IMG/VR virus record: IMGVR_UViG_3300037424_000434
Coordinates: 1 to 64,000 of that record
Strand: one strand, 5' to 3'
DNA: 64,000 nt
From: a virus
Lineage: Duplodnaviria > Caudoviricetes
Made by a program: the position numbers and the translations under genes. The notes below the pieces were generated by a model, which was not told where the DNA came from, did no database searches, and was given only the letters and a program-made list of their open reading frames with translations. Below, piece after piece: positions 37,639-47,149 of this stretch. The stretch's first letter is position 1, and each line of letters begins with the position of its first letter.

Positions 37639-38487
37639 ATGCACAAAATTTCTACGGAATATGAGAAAATGTTTAACAATATCACCCAAACCTTTGCTGA
37701 ATACCTAACCAAGCATGATATCAGGACAGTGGTTCTTGGTGTTAGTGGTGGGGTAGATTCGGCGTTAATTGCTGCACTGGCGTTAAACACCAAACCATTG
37801 CTAAGTTTTCCCCTTAACATCATTGGTCGATCTATTACCATTGATAGCAATAAACCAGACGAGATTGCCCGTGCAAAGGCAATTGGTGAGTTGTTCTGTG
37901 ATGACTTCAAAGAACTTGACTTAACCTATGCTTATGGTAACCTGAAGTATTTGATTGAAGCACCAACATTTGTTTCGGTTAATGATAAATTAAATCAAAA
38001 TTTAACGGCAAAAGAGCTTGCTATTGCTAATGGGAACATAAAAGCACGGATTCGAATGATTCAATTATATCACCTTGCTGGTATAAATAAGGGCATGGTC
38101 TTAAGCACCGACAACCTCACAGAGCTTTACATGGGCTTCTGGACCTTGCACGGTGATGTGGGTGATTATGGTATGATCCAAAATCTCTGGAAGACCGAGG
38201 TTTATGGTCTTACTAAACATATAGCCGCAATTTATGACAAAACAGGTGCTAGGGAATGGGGTAGTGCCCTGAGAGCATGTGTAAGAGCCGTGCCAACAGA
38301 TGGTCTTGGTATTACTAATTCGGACCTTGACCAACTGGGAGCGAGGACATATGAAGATGTTGATAGTATCATAATCGACTATTTAAACACAAAACGCGGG
38401 AAACATCCGGTTATTGATCGATATGAAGCAACTCACTATAAGAGGACAAATCCAGTGCATATCCCTCGAAAGGAGATTTTATCATGA
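37639..38487 (+). CDS. nadE: NH3-dependent NAD+ synthetase
   Basis: LGVSGGVDS, GNIKARIRM, STDNLTE..MGF.TLHGD, KTEV, PTDGL; ATG 37639 with GGAGG RBS. Confidence 0.92.
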   Translation: MHKISTEYEKMFNNITQTFAEYLTKHDIRTVVLGVSGGVDSALIAALALNTKPLLSFPLNIIGRSITIDSNKPDEIARAKAIGELFCDDFKELDLTYAYGNLKYLIEAPTFVSVNDKLNQNLTAKELAIANGNIKARIRMIQLYHLAGINKGMVLSTDNLTELYMGFWTLHGDVGDYGMIQNLWKTEVYGLTKHIAAIYDKTGAREWGSALRACVRAVPTDGLGITNSDLDQLGARTYEDVDSIIIDYLNTKRGKHPVIDRYEATHYKRTNPVHIPRKEILS

Positions 38488-39005
38488 AAAAAGTATTAAT
38501 TGTTGTTGATATGCTTAACGATTTTATTGACAAAGATGGGGTGCTTTCGTTGGGTCAATCAGGTTTTGATATTGTACCGGTTATCGCTAGGAAAGTTTAT
38601 CTGGCAAGACGACAAGGAGACATGGTTCTGTACCTCAATGACGCTCATGATATTAACGACAAGGAGTTCAATAGATTTCCCTCCCATGCGGTTGTGGGTA
38701 CATGGGGGGCAGAGGTTATCCCGGAACTAACGCCGGTGGCGGGAGATATCATTATACCCAAAAAACGGTATAGCGGATTCTTTGGAACATGTCTACAGGA
38801 AACACTATCAACAGAAAACCCCGATATCATTGAGGTGTGTGGATGTTGCACAAGCATTTGTGTGGCAGGTACTATCGAAGAACTCGCAAACAGGGATTAT
38901 ACAGTGGTTGTTGACAGAAAAGCAGTTGCTGACTTTGATCAAGATGCGCACGAATTCTTTTTAGAATACCAATTTCCTCGTATCTTTGGAATTAATGTTC
39001 TATAA
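38484..39005 (+). CDS. pncA: nicotinamidase (cysteine hydrolase)
   Basis: VVDMLNDF, metal ligands D-x-H and H (DAH...PSHA), KKRYSGF, GCCTSICV. Confidence 0.82.
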   Translation: MKKVLIVVDMLNDFIDKDGVLSLGQSGFDIVPVIARKVYLARRQGDMVLYLNDAHDINDKEFNRFPSHAVVGTWGAEVIPELTPVAGDIIIPKKRYSGFFGTCLQETLSTENPDIIEVCGCCTSICVAGTIEELANRDYTVVVDRKAVADFDQDAHEFFLEYQFPRIFGINVL

Positions 39006-39135
39006 GATTGTCGATGAAATCGAAGATTAATACATTATAATCACACTTTCTCTTTGATTAGGGGAGGTGTACTTATATATACAGAAAGGAACAGTAAACA
39101 AAAAAATACGGCCACTAGTGGTTGTCGGAGATTAA

Positions 39136-40368
39136 ATGACTGATCTAGAACAGAATATAATGAATGATGTTATGGAAAATCCTGATATAGGTAGACGTAA
39201 CTTATCAAGAAAATATGGGGTTTCTGAGAAAAAAATCAGACCCATCCTCAAGAGATGTAAATTGATATTACAAGAACAACGAGAGGAAATTGACGACCCG
39301 GACGAACGGTTAGTGGTATATCTCGCTAAACTAGAAAAACAAAAACAACGACTGATGGACCAACAACGGATTGAACGCAAGATCCGCAACCAAATAAGAG
39401 TTGACAATTCCTTGGCAGACTATGGTGCCGAGATATTAAAGATATTTAAGGAAAGAGAGGTAAACTATACTCTCCCGGTACATCAAGCCAACGACGATGT
39501 AGTTGGTATTTTCCAGATATCAGACACACATTTTAATGAACTAATAAACATTACAGGCAATCAATATGACTTTAAAATCGCAGCAAGGCGGTTACAGAAG
39601 TATGTGAATGTGGCAAAAAAACAATTCAAAACCCATAATATTCAAAAGGTTGTTGTTGCAATGACCGGGGATCTATTAAACTCTGATAGACGATTAGACG
39701 AATTGCTCAACATGGCGACCAACCGGGCAAAAGCAACATCATTGTCGGCGATATTACTGGAACAAGTAATAGTGGATTTGGCCCAAGACTTTGAGGTTAC
39801 GTTGACCTATGTTACCGGGAACGAGTCTCGTGCTGGAGAGTATATGGGTACAACAGAAATTATGATTTCTGACAACTATGATGTAACCATTTTTGAAATG
39901 TTAAAACTGATGTTCAGGGACACGAATGTAAATTTTATCGAAGGATCTGTTGGAGAAAAGGTTGTTCAAATAAAAAACAAAAATGTGTTATTGATCCATG
40001 GACATCAAATGAAAGGAAGTATATCAAAACAATCACAACAAATAAAAGGAAAATACTCCGATCTAAACATTAAAATCGATTATATATTGTTTGGCCATAT
40101 TCACGAATGTTTGATCGCTGATTTTTATGCTCGAAGTTCATCCCTGTGTGGTGCCAATGCATACTCCAACAATCTACTTCAACTGACATCAAGAGCCTCA
40201 CAAAATATCCACTTCGTATCAAACACATCTATTAACTCAATGAAAATCGATCTTCAGGAATATGAGGAGTATGAGGGATACGATATTGACGCTTCGTTGG
40301 AGGCATATAACGCCAAAAGCAGTGAAAAGGGTAAAGATAACACTTTCATTGTTGTTAACATTTTATGA
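39136..40368 (+). CDS. HTH + coiled coil + metallophosphoesterase/nuclease
   Basis: ISDTH, GDLL, GNE, HGH, FGHIH. Confidence 0.75.
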   Translation: MTDLEQNIMNDVMENPDIGRRNLSRKYGVSEKKIRPILKRCKLILQEQREEIDDPDERLVVYLAKLEKQKQRLMDQQRIERKIRNQIRVDNSLADYGAEILKIFKEREVNYTLPVHQANDDVVGIFQISDTHFNELINITGNQYDFKIAARRLQKYVNVAKKQFKTHNIQKVVVAMTGDLLNSDRRLDELLNMATNRAKATSLSAILLEQVIVDLAQDFEVTLTYVTGNESRAGEYMGTTEIMISDNYDVTIFEMLKLMFRDTNVNFIEGSVGEKVVQIKNKNVLLIHGHQMKGSISKQSQQIKGKYSDLNIKIDYILFGHIHECLIADFYARSSSLCGANAYSNNLLQLTSRASQNIHFVSNTSINSMKIDLQEYEEYEGYDIDASLEAYNAKSSEKGKDNTFIVVNIL

Positions 40369-40482
40369 AAAATATACTGAAGAGATATTTGACTTGACAA
40401 ACTCTGATGATAATGTAATACTCACTAAGGATGAAAAATAAATAAAATTCTCCCAAAACAGAATGGACATTATAAAGGATTA

Positions 40483-41805
40483 ATGATGTACGAAATTAAC
40501 GGAAAATATACTAATGCCAAGGTGATGATCGATGATTTAGATGCGTCGGCAGTGAGTCAGATAGTCGAAATGGTAAACAACCAATGTTTCACTAATCCGA
40601 TAGCAATCATGCCCGATGCCCACGCTGGCAAGGGATGTGTTGTAGGTTTTACAATGGAATTATCGGACAAATTGATACCAAATATCATAGGTAGCGATAT
40701 TGGATGTGGTATGCTGTCGTTCAATGTCGGAAGTAACCTATTGTCCAATGAAAAGATGCCATTGTTGGATGAGGCTATTCGTGAGCGGATCCCATTTGGT
40801 GCCTCTGCTAGGGGCAAAATGTCCAAAGATGCCATGTTTGACTGGAAATCCATCAACGATGAACTACGAAAACTCTGTATGGAATACAACACTCGATACA
40901 ACATGTCAATGGCACCTGTTGTTATGGATACGGAAAAGTTACGCGCCATCTTTGATCGAGTAGGATGTGACTATCATAGGGGGATGTTATCTATAGGTTC
41001 ATTGGGGGGCGGCAACCATTTCATTGAGATTGGTAAAGACGAAAACAATGACTATTGGGTAACTATTCATTCCGGTTCGCGTAACTTTGGAAAATGTATT
41101 GCTGAATATTGGCAAAAGATCGCCCATAAGAACATGAACGAGCCTGCTTTATCAAAGACTGATTATGTCGAATTCGTTAAGGCAAATTTCGATAAAATGA
41201 AATGGCAAGACGAAATAGCAAAATACGAGACGTTAGTGGGCGGCAAATCTCGTGTGGGGAAAGGAACCGAATATCTTGAGGGCAAAGATGTTTATGGGTA
41301 TTTGGTTGATATGTTTGTTGCTCAGAAGTACGCCGAGATGAGCCGGTACGTCATGTCATGCGAATTAGTGAACTCTATCCGTGTGGTTTCTGACACGTTT
41401 AAGGGTGTAGTCCAGTGTATTGAAACTGTACACAACTTTGTAGACTTCAAAGACTGGATTATTCGTAAAGGGGCTATTCGTTCATACAAAGGGGAGTTGA
41501 TGATAATCCCCTTCAACATGGAAGATGGGTTGTTGATAGTCGAAGGCAAGTCCAACAACGACTGGAACAACTCAGCGCCTCATGGTGCCGGTCGATTATT
41601 TTCCCGATCTGCGGCAAAAGCCAACCTCGATCTTGATATGGCAACAAAATCAATGAAAGACAATGGTATATATTCTTCGTCCATTCCCTTAGATGAAGTC
41701 AAGGGTGCATATAAGCCTTGTGAAGTCATTGAAGCTTGTATTGAACCAACAGCAACCATCATCCACAGAATAAAACCCGTCATGAACCTGAAGGATGGAC
41801 AGTGA
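40483..41805 (+). CDS. rtcB: RNA ligase RtcB
   Basis: MPDAHAGKG, DIGCG, GGGNHF.E, HSGSR, HN, RKGA, HGAGR. Confidence 0.95.
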   Translation: MMYEINGKYTNAKVMIDDLDASAVSQIVEMVNNQCFTNPIAIMPDAHAGKGCVVGFTMELSDKLIPNIIGSDIGCGMLSFNVGSNLLSNEKMPLLDEAIRERIPFGASARGKMSKDAMFDWKSINDELRKLCMEYNTRYNMSMAPVVMDTEKLRAIFDRVGCDYHRGMLSIGSLGGGNHFIEIGKDENNDYWVTIHSGSRNFGKCIAEYWQKIAHKNMNEPALSKTDYVEFVKANFDKMKWQDEIAKYETLVGGKSRVGKGTEYLEGKDVYGYLVDMFVAQKYAEMSRYVMSCELVNSIRVVSDTFKGVVQCIETVHNFVDFKDWIIRKGAIRSYKGELMIIPFNMEDGLLIVEGKSNNDWNNSAPHGAGRLFSRSAAKANLDLDMATKSMKDNGIYSSSIPLDEVKGAYKPCEVIEACIEPTATIIHRIKPVMNLKDGQ

Positions 41806-41855
41806 ATTTTCGTATATCAAAGTTATAGAATGCCATCAGAAGACGTTAGAGGAGA

Positions 41856-41890
41856 GTTGAGCACAGCGGCGGTAAATCCGCTGTGTTTGA
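41856..41890 (+). terminator. hairpin after rtcB
   Basis: CACAGCGG-cggtaaat-CCGCTGTG, extendable with G.U pairs. Confidence 0.55.
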
Positions 41891-42124
41891 TTATCCCGGT
41901 GGTTGCTACCTCAAAATATTTACTTGACAACGCAACCGTTTGTGATAAGATATAGGTAAATCAAGGCTACGGCATCCGAACAGAGATGTGCGCATTGTAT
42001 GGATAGAGGCCTACAAGTCAGAAACAGTCAACGGGCAAGAAATGGTAAGCCTCCGGTCAATCATATTTTTGATAAGGGATAACAATGAACATTCAGACTA
42101 TAACAAAAAGAGGAGATTGAGAAC

Positions 42125-42430
42125 ATGGTGAATTATCGAGTAGCACGGATGGTCATTCTGTTAGCGTTTATTTTATTATTATGTGTGTCTCTCACGGGAT
42201 GCGCGGATACAATGACATTTATTCAGGCAGCAAAAGCCGAACCGGTTGGGTTTTGGTACGGATTTTGGCACGGGACGATTGCCCCTTTTGCTTGGTTTGT
42301 TTCTCTGTTTAGCGACTCGACCGCCATCTATGCCATATACAACAACGGTGGGTGGTACGATTTTGGTTTTATGTTGGGGATAGGAGGACTATCGAGCAGC
42401 ACGTCAAGTGCGGCCTACGGGTGGCGATAG
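42125..42430 (+). CDS. probable lipoprotein/membrane protein
   Basis: LTGC lipobox, GFWYGFWHG, WYDFGF. Confidence 0.7.
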   Translation: MVNYRVARMVILLAFILLLCVSLTGCADTMTFIQAAKAEPVGFWYGFWHGTIAPFAWFVSLFSDSTAIYAIYNNGGWYDFGFMLGIGGLSSSTSSAAYGWR

Positions 42431-42505
42431 CAGATAACGACCAAGATCAGCGGATTGTCCGCTGATCTTGCATGATTAGCTGATTTTTATTAATGGGAGA
42501 GATAT

Positions 42506-42694
42506 ATGGTTTACGTATTTGTGTTCACTATGGCAGTGGTTGTTTTGAACTCCGTTCATCTTATTTCAATTATCGTCGGACACCAAATAAGTTGGCCGAG
42601 ACTTGGCGTAATAACGCCAACCGCTTGGTTCTTTTTTTACCCAAGTTTGTTATGGCAGATATGGTATTGGGCACCGTGCTTGATGCACAGCTAA
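42506..42694 (+). CDS. small membrane protein
   Basis: hydrophobic 62 aa, GGGAG RBS. Confidence 0.5.
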   Translation: MVYVFVFTMAVVVLNSVHLISIIVGHQISWPRLGVITPTAWFFFYPSLLWQIWYWAPCLMHS

Positions 42695-42822
42695 CGAACC
42701 AGCTCAGGGGGTGCAAGCGTAGGGTTGGGTGTTTGAAAATATACCCTCGTGCCTCAAATGTTGTGTATTTAGAAAGAGGGAAATGACCCGCCTAACATTG
42801 ATATCAAAAAAGAGGAAGAATA

Positions 42823-43101
42823 ATGGAAACGATTATTGCTTACATAACACCATTTGTCTCATGGCATGGATTAATCTTCTTATGTGTCTTATATATCACG
42901 GGAATGATAATCCAAGGATGCATTTCGTCTGCTGTTATGGTGAAACGGAGACATATTCTCCGAGAAGAATATGAATTCTCTGACTCCCAAATCATGGGAT
43001 TTTTCTGGAAAAGTGTTTTACTTTTCCCACTCACGTGGTCTTTATTTGCATCGCATGGGATGGGGATGTTTAAGAAAAAGATTTTTAACAAAAAAAGATA
43101 A
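42823..43101 (+). CDS. membrane protein
   Basis: two hydrophobic segments, AGAGG RBS. Confidence 0.6.
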   Translation: METIIAYITPFVSWHGLIFLCVLYITGMIIQGCISSAVMVKRRHILREEYEFSDSQIMGFFWKSVLLFPLTWSLFASHGMGMFKKKIFNKKR

Positions 43102-43113
43102 CCGGAGAATTAC

Positions 43114-43656
43114 ATGCAACATGAACCACGCCAACAACCACGTAATAACGGCAGAATTTTGTACTTGTCGGGAGAAATTCACGAGATAGCAGCACAAGAC
43201 ATCAACTGTGAGATGTTGAAAATGCAGAGAGATGACCCACTCGAAGATATTACTTTGGTGGTAGACAGCTATGGGGGTAATTTGTTTGCGGCATTTGCCA
43301 TTGTAGATATGATGGATATTATCTCATGTGATATACAAACAATCTGTATCGGCAAAGCAATGTCAGCAGGACAATTTATCTTCAGTACAGGAAAGAGAGG
43401 CAAGCGTTTAATGGCACCTCATGCACGATTAATGCTTCATAATCCAGTAGCTGGATATGAAGGATCGGTGCCTGATATCGAGATAGAAATTGAGGAACTT
43501 CAACGTTGCCGAGACTTATATGTAAAACACATTTCAGGTCGATCTAATCTAAGCACAGATGAGGTAAAAGACTTGATTCAACGTAATGCCTATTTAAATG
43601 CGGAGCAAGCAATTGCCCATGGATTTGCTGACGGCATTGTAACCAAAATAAGATAA
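43114..43656 (+). CDS. clpP: ClpP-family protease proteolytic subunit
   Basis: DSYGG, GKAMSAG, MLHNP, YL.AEQA..HGFAD. Confidence 0.9.
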   Translation: MQHEPRQQPRNNGRILYLSGEIHEIAAQDINCEMLKMQRDDPLEDITLVVDSYGGNLFAAFAIVDMMDIISCDIQTICIGKAMSAGQFIFSTGKRGKRLMAPHARLMLHNPVAGYEGSVPDIEIEIEELQRCRDLYVKHISGRSNLSTDEVKDLIQRNAYLNAEQAIAHGFADGIVTKIR

Positions 43657-43667
43657 GGAGAAAAACG

Positions 43668-43943
43668 ATGAGCACAAAGCATATTATGGGATGGGTATTA
43701 ATCGCGCTGGGTATTTGTATGGGACTATATGTGGGGGTATGGTGGGCTTTTATCGGCGGAAAAGCTGCGGTGGCTGAAGCAATCAAAATGGACCCAATCA
43801 ATTCAATGGATGTTGCATTGGGGATTGCTAGAATCTGCTGTTCGGGGCTTGTTGGCACTATTGCTGGTTATACTGCCATTATTCCCGGTGTTGTAATGGT
43901 AACATCTTCCACAAAAACTCGCCGCTTTAAATACCGTGGATAA
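43668..43943 (+). CDS. membrane protein
   Basis: AAGGAG RBS, two TM segments. Confidence 0.65.
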   Translation: MSTKHIMGWVLIALGICMGLYVGVWWAFIGGKAAVAEAIKMDPINSMDVALGIARICCSGLVGTIAGYTAIIPGVVMVTSSTKTRRFKYRG

Positions 43944-44061
43944 GGGCAGGCTACTCGCTATCGGCGATATCCATGGGTGTGCAAACACACTCAAAGCCCT
44001 AATCACCAAAGTCAACCCCACGGAAGAAGATCAATTGATCTTCCTTGGTGATTATCATTAA
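43936..44061 (+). pseudogene. orphaned 41-codon stub duplicating the phosphatase N-terminus
   Basis: MDKGRLLAIGDIHGCANTLKALITKVNPTEEDQLIFLGDYH* vs MSRLLAVGDIHGCANTLKALMSRVKPTEEDQVVFLGDF. Confidence 0.9.
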
Positions 44062-44101
44062 AACATTATAATTCTCTTAGGTGATTATTATCCACAAAGA
44101 A

Positions 44102-44144
44102 TCTCCCAAAAATATAAATACAAGTGTAGATATATTTAAGGAGA
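44102..44144 (+). promoter_or_regulatory. late promoter inside an RBS-sequestering hairpin
   Basis: TATAAATA 44113-44120; TCTCC..AAATATA pairs with TATATTT..GGAGA. Confidence 0.7.
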
Positions 44145-44149
44145 GTTAT

Positions 44150-44926
44150 ATGATAATCAAAATTGAGATGCCCTGTGAGTCATGCAGTACACTAAGAAAG
44201 TTCAAATACAGTACAACAACAGAGAAAATATATGGTTACAAACCTGTGTGTAAAAAATGTACACTGACCGAGAGGAACAAAAAGCAGAACTTCTCACCAA
44301 GAACATATCCAATAGTGGATATGTTTGAGAAAATAGATACCCAAGAGAAGGCGTATATATATGGATTTCTTTGGGCTGATGGGTATATGAAATTCCAGAA
44401 ACGCGCAACACGCAAATCCATAAAAAGTTTGGAGATGAACTTAAACTATAGAGACGTAGAGGTACTAGACTTCATAGTGAAACATTTTGGTGGAGCCTAT
44501 CAAGAAAGAAGTGTGCCTGACAAACGTACCGGTAAATGCTATGATATGGTTCAGTGGCAATTAAACTCCAAGGACGTGTATGATAATTTTTTTAAACTGG
44601 GATTCAGGAACCATTCAAATGCTGTACCTGATGAGCTATTCTATCATTTCCTGAGAGGATTAATAGATGGTGATGGTTATATTAGGATGAGAGGCAACTC
44701 CATTGAAATAAAGATATCATCAAACTATGAACAGGATTGGAGCTATATATCCGATAGGATAAAAAATCCATCTCATGTATCAAGATATATTGGAGAAAAA
44801 AGTAGAAGCTCTGATCTTTATATAAAAGGTGATAGAAGAGATATTCTAAGAGAATTATATAAAGATGCTTCGTTTTATTTGAAGCGAAAATATAATATAA
44901 TAAGAGAGGTAATAGAGAATGAGTAG
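44150..44926 (+). mobile_element. free-standing LAGLIDADG homing endonuclease
   Basis: YIYGFLWADG and FLRGLIDGDG motifs, N-terminal CxxC..CxxC; ATG 44150. Confidence 0.88.
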
Positions 44927-45638
44927 ATTACTCGCTGTAGGCGATATACATGGCTGTGCTAATACCCTTAAAGCTCTCATGAGTAGAGTCAAACCCACGG
45001 AAGAAGATCAAGTGGTCTTCCTTGGTGATTTTTGTGATAGGGGAAATGGGGTGATAGAAACAATTGATTTTATGATCGACTTAAAGAATAGGTTACCTAA
45101 AACCATATTCCTTAAAGGAAATCATGAGGATTTGTTTCTGCGATATCTATTAAATGGCCCGGAAATAAACAAAAAGGATTATATTTTGAACGGGGGTGGG
45201 ATCACTCTTTTTGATTATACTCGTCTATTAGGAAAAATGCTCCCAGAAGGTCTCGACGACTTTGAGCTGGAATTTCATGAGTTACCAAAGAGACACCAAA
45301 ACTTCTATAACGAATTAAAACTCTTCCATGTTGAAGGTGGTTGTATATTTGTACATGCTGGTTTGCGTCATAATGTCCCTTTGGAAGGCCAACACGAAGA
45401 CGATGTACTGTGGTTGAGGGAGACTTTCATGTACAATCCCATTAATACATGGGGTGGTAAAACAATCGTTCACGGCCATACCCCAATGAAGGTGCCCGAT
45501 GCAGTTCGATACCACCAGAAATATCCAGACAGATATGATGTTGACAATGGATGTGTTTTCGGATATGATTTGACATGCCTTGATTTATATTCAAAGGTTA
45601 CGTGGAAGCAAAAATTAATTGATGAGAGGTTAGAATAA
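44919..45638 (+). CDS. PPP-family Ser/Thr phosphatase (lambda NinI-like)
   Basis: GDIHG, GDFCDRG, GNHE, FVHAG, HGHTP, DNG. Confidence 0.92.
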   Translation: MSRLLAVGDIHGCANTLKALMSRVKPTEEDQVVFLGDFCDRGNGVIETIDFMIDLKNRLPKTIFLKGNHEDLFLRYLLNGPEINKKDYILNGGGITLFDYTRLLGKMLPEGLDDFELEFHELPKRHQNFYNELKLFHVEGGCIFVHAGLRHNVPLEGQHEDDVLWLRETFMYNPINTWGGKTIVHGHTPMKVPDAVRYHQKYPDRYDVDNGCVFGYDLTCLDLYSKVTWKQKLIDERLE

Positions 45639-45964
45639 TGTACGATGATTTTTTGGCTTATGTAAAAGAGAACGAGGTAGAAGCAGAAGAGATTTTTCGG
45701 ACATATTACACCGAAAAGGCTATTGAAGAGGGATGTGATATGCAAGGAGACGAAAGATATACTCTTGAAGCTTTTACCGATGATATGTCTCCAGAAGAGT
45801 TGTATGAAGAATTTGCTTACTGTGTGGATTACTCGGCTTCGTACGCTGGTGCGGCTGGTGTAATTTTGGAGTTTACACAAGAGTTAAATGATGATACTCT
45901 AGATCCAAACGACGTAGAACTACAAGAATTAGTATTGGATGTCCTTGAGCAAAGCGTAAATTAA
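45638..45964 (+). CDS. acidic hypothetical protein
   Basis: 108 aa, highly Asp/Glu rich. Confidence 0.65.
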   Translation: MYDDFLAYVKENEVEAEEIFRTYYTEKAIEEGCDMQGDERYTLEAFTDDMSPEELYEEFAYCVDYSASYAGAAGVILEFTQELNDDTLDPNDVELQELVLDVLEQSVN

Positions 45965-45978
45965 CGAAAGGAAAATTC

Positions 45979-46407
45979 GTGACAAAAACTGACTCCCAAT
46001 TATATTTAGAACGAATGGGCATCATTGAATCTTCTACATCAACCTTTGATTCGGATTTTGATGAAGTAGATGAAGAGGATCTACACAAGCGAGAAGCCAA
46101 GTTGAGATCCGACTTGGCTGATCTGGTGTCCCGGATATCAGTAGTATCTCAGCGAGAAAATGAGGTTCGACGCAGAGAAGCCTACCTAGATGAACTGGAA
46201 CGGAACATATATGAGCGTGTACAACGCCTGTGTCGCCTAGAATCCAATGCAAAAAAGGCACCATCAGCAACAGAGATTGATAGTTCTGATAGATCTACAT
46301 CAAACGACCCTGCTGTCACTGTAGTATCAGTTGATGATTGGTCATCCATATTTGCTAACACTGCTACCGATTGGAGTAGACTGAAAACTGACAAGGAGAC
46401 TTTATGA
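45979..46407 (+). CDS. coiled-coil hypothetical protein
   Basis: AAGGA RBS, GTG start. Confidence 0.6.
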   Translation: MTKTDSQLYLERMGIIESSTSTFDSDFDEVDEEDLHKREAKLRSDLADLVSRISVVSQRENEVRRREAYLDELERNIYERVQRLCRLESNAKKAPSATEIDSSDRSTSNDPAVTVVSVDDWSSIFANTATDWSRLKTDKETL

Positions 46408-47012
46408 GAAACTACGTAATGGCCGCTGTTTTGACCATTATGGTTTTTGTGGGAAGCAATACCTCTGCGAAAGTCATTGAATTAGAACAATCACAGATTA
46501 CATGCATCAACATAGCATATACGGAAGGGAACAAGATTCAATTGTTTGGTGAGGGGTGGGGAGAAACCGCCGCAGCAGTTATGTATCAAGAATCATGGTG
46601 TAATTCTAACATATGGCAAAAAAGTGGAGTGGTTGTAGGTGACCTTAACCGTAAAGGGAAACCAAAATCACTTGGACCCTCTCAAATACAAGTCGCAACC
46701 GCCAGATTCATCAACACCAAGTACCCCCGTATATTCAAAAAGAGGTATGGCAAACGTGTCCCCTCTGACGAAGAACTAACCATAGATTTGCTCATTGATA
46801 TACCATTCAACATTAAATTAGGGGTACGGTATTTTTCTTACCTGTTGGAGCTGAAAAGGGGAGATGTTGATGCTGCTATATTAGCATACAACAGGGGACC
46901 ACATGGATTAATTGATGTTAATAATTATGTTCAAAAAGTCAAAAAATGGCGCACAACTCATATTAGACCTTTTTTAAGAGGTCACTATAAAATTGTAAAG
47001 AGAGAAATTTAA
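46404..47012 (+). CDS. lytic transglycosylase (SLT domain) with signal peptide
   Basis: AVMYQES, GPSQIQ, N..LG..Y, AYNRG. Confidence 0.85.
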   Translation: MRNYVMAAVLTIMVFVGSNTSAKVIELEQSQITCINIAYTEGNKIQLFGEGWGETAAAVMYQESWCNSNIWQKSGVVVGDLNRKGKPKSLGPSQIQVATARFINTKYPRIFKKRYGKRVPSDEELTIDLLIDIPFNIKLGVRYFSYLLELKRGDVDAAILAYNRGPHGLIDVNNYVQKVKKWRTTHIRPFLRGHYKIVKREI

Positions 47013-47149
47013 TGACGACCAAAAGATGTTGCATGTCTTGTACTGCACCACAATGATGATTAATATGCACAATTATAGTAATATCTCATATACTTATGTA
47101 TATTGGAAACAAGTTTGGTGGACTAAAAAACTAAGGAGAAATGTGGTAA

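Noticed and set aside
44062-44918. LAGLIDADG ORF as part of a group I intron in the phosphatase gene
   Set aside because: No R/S (P7) elements are visible, and the downstream gene has its own complete N-terminus, so splicing is not needed.
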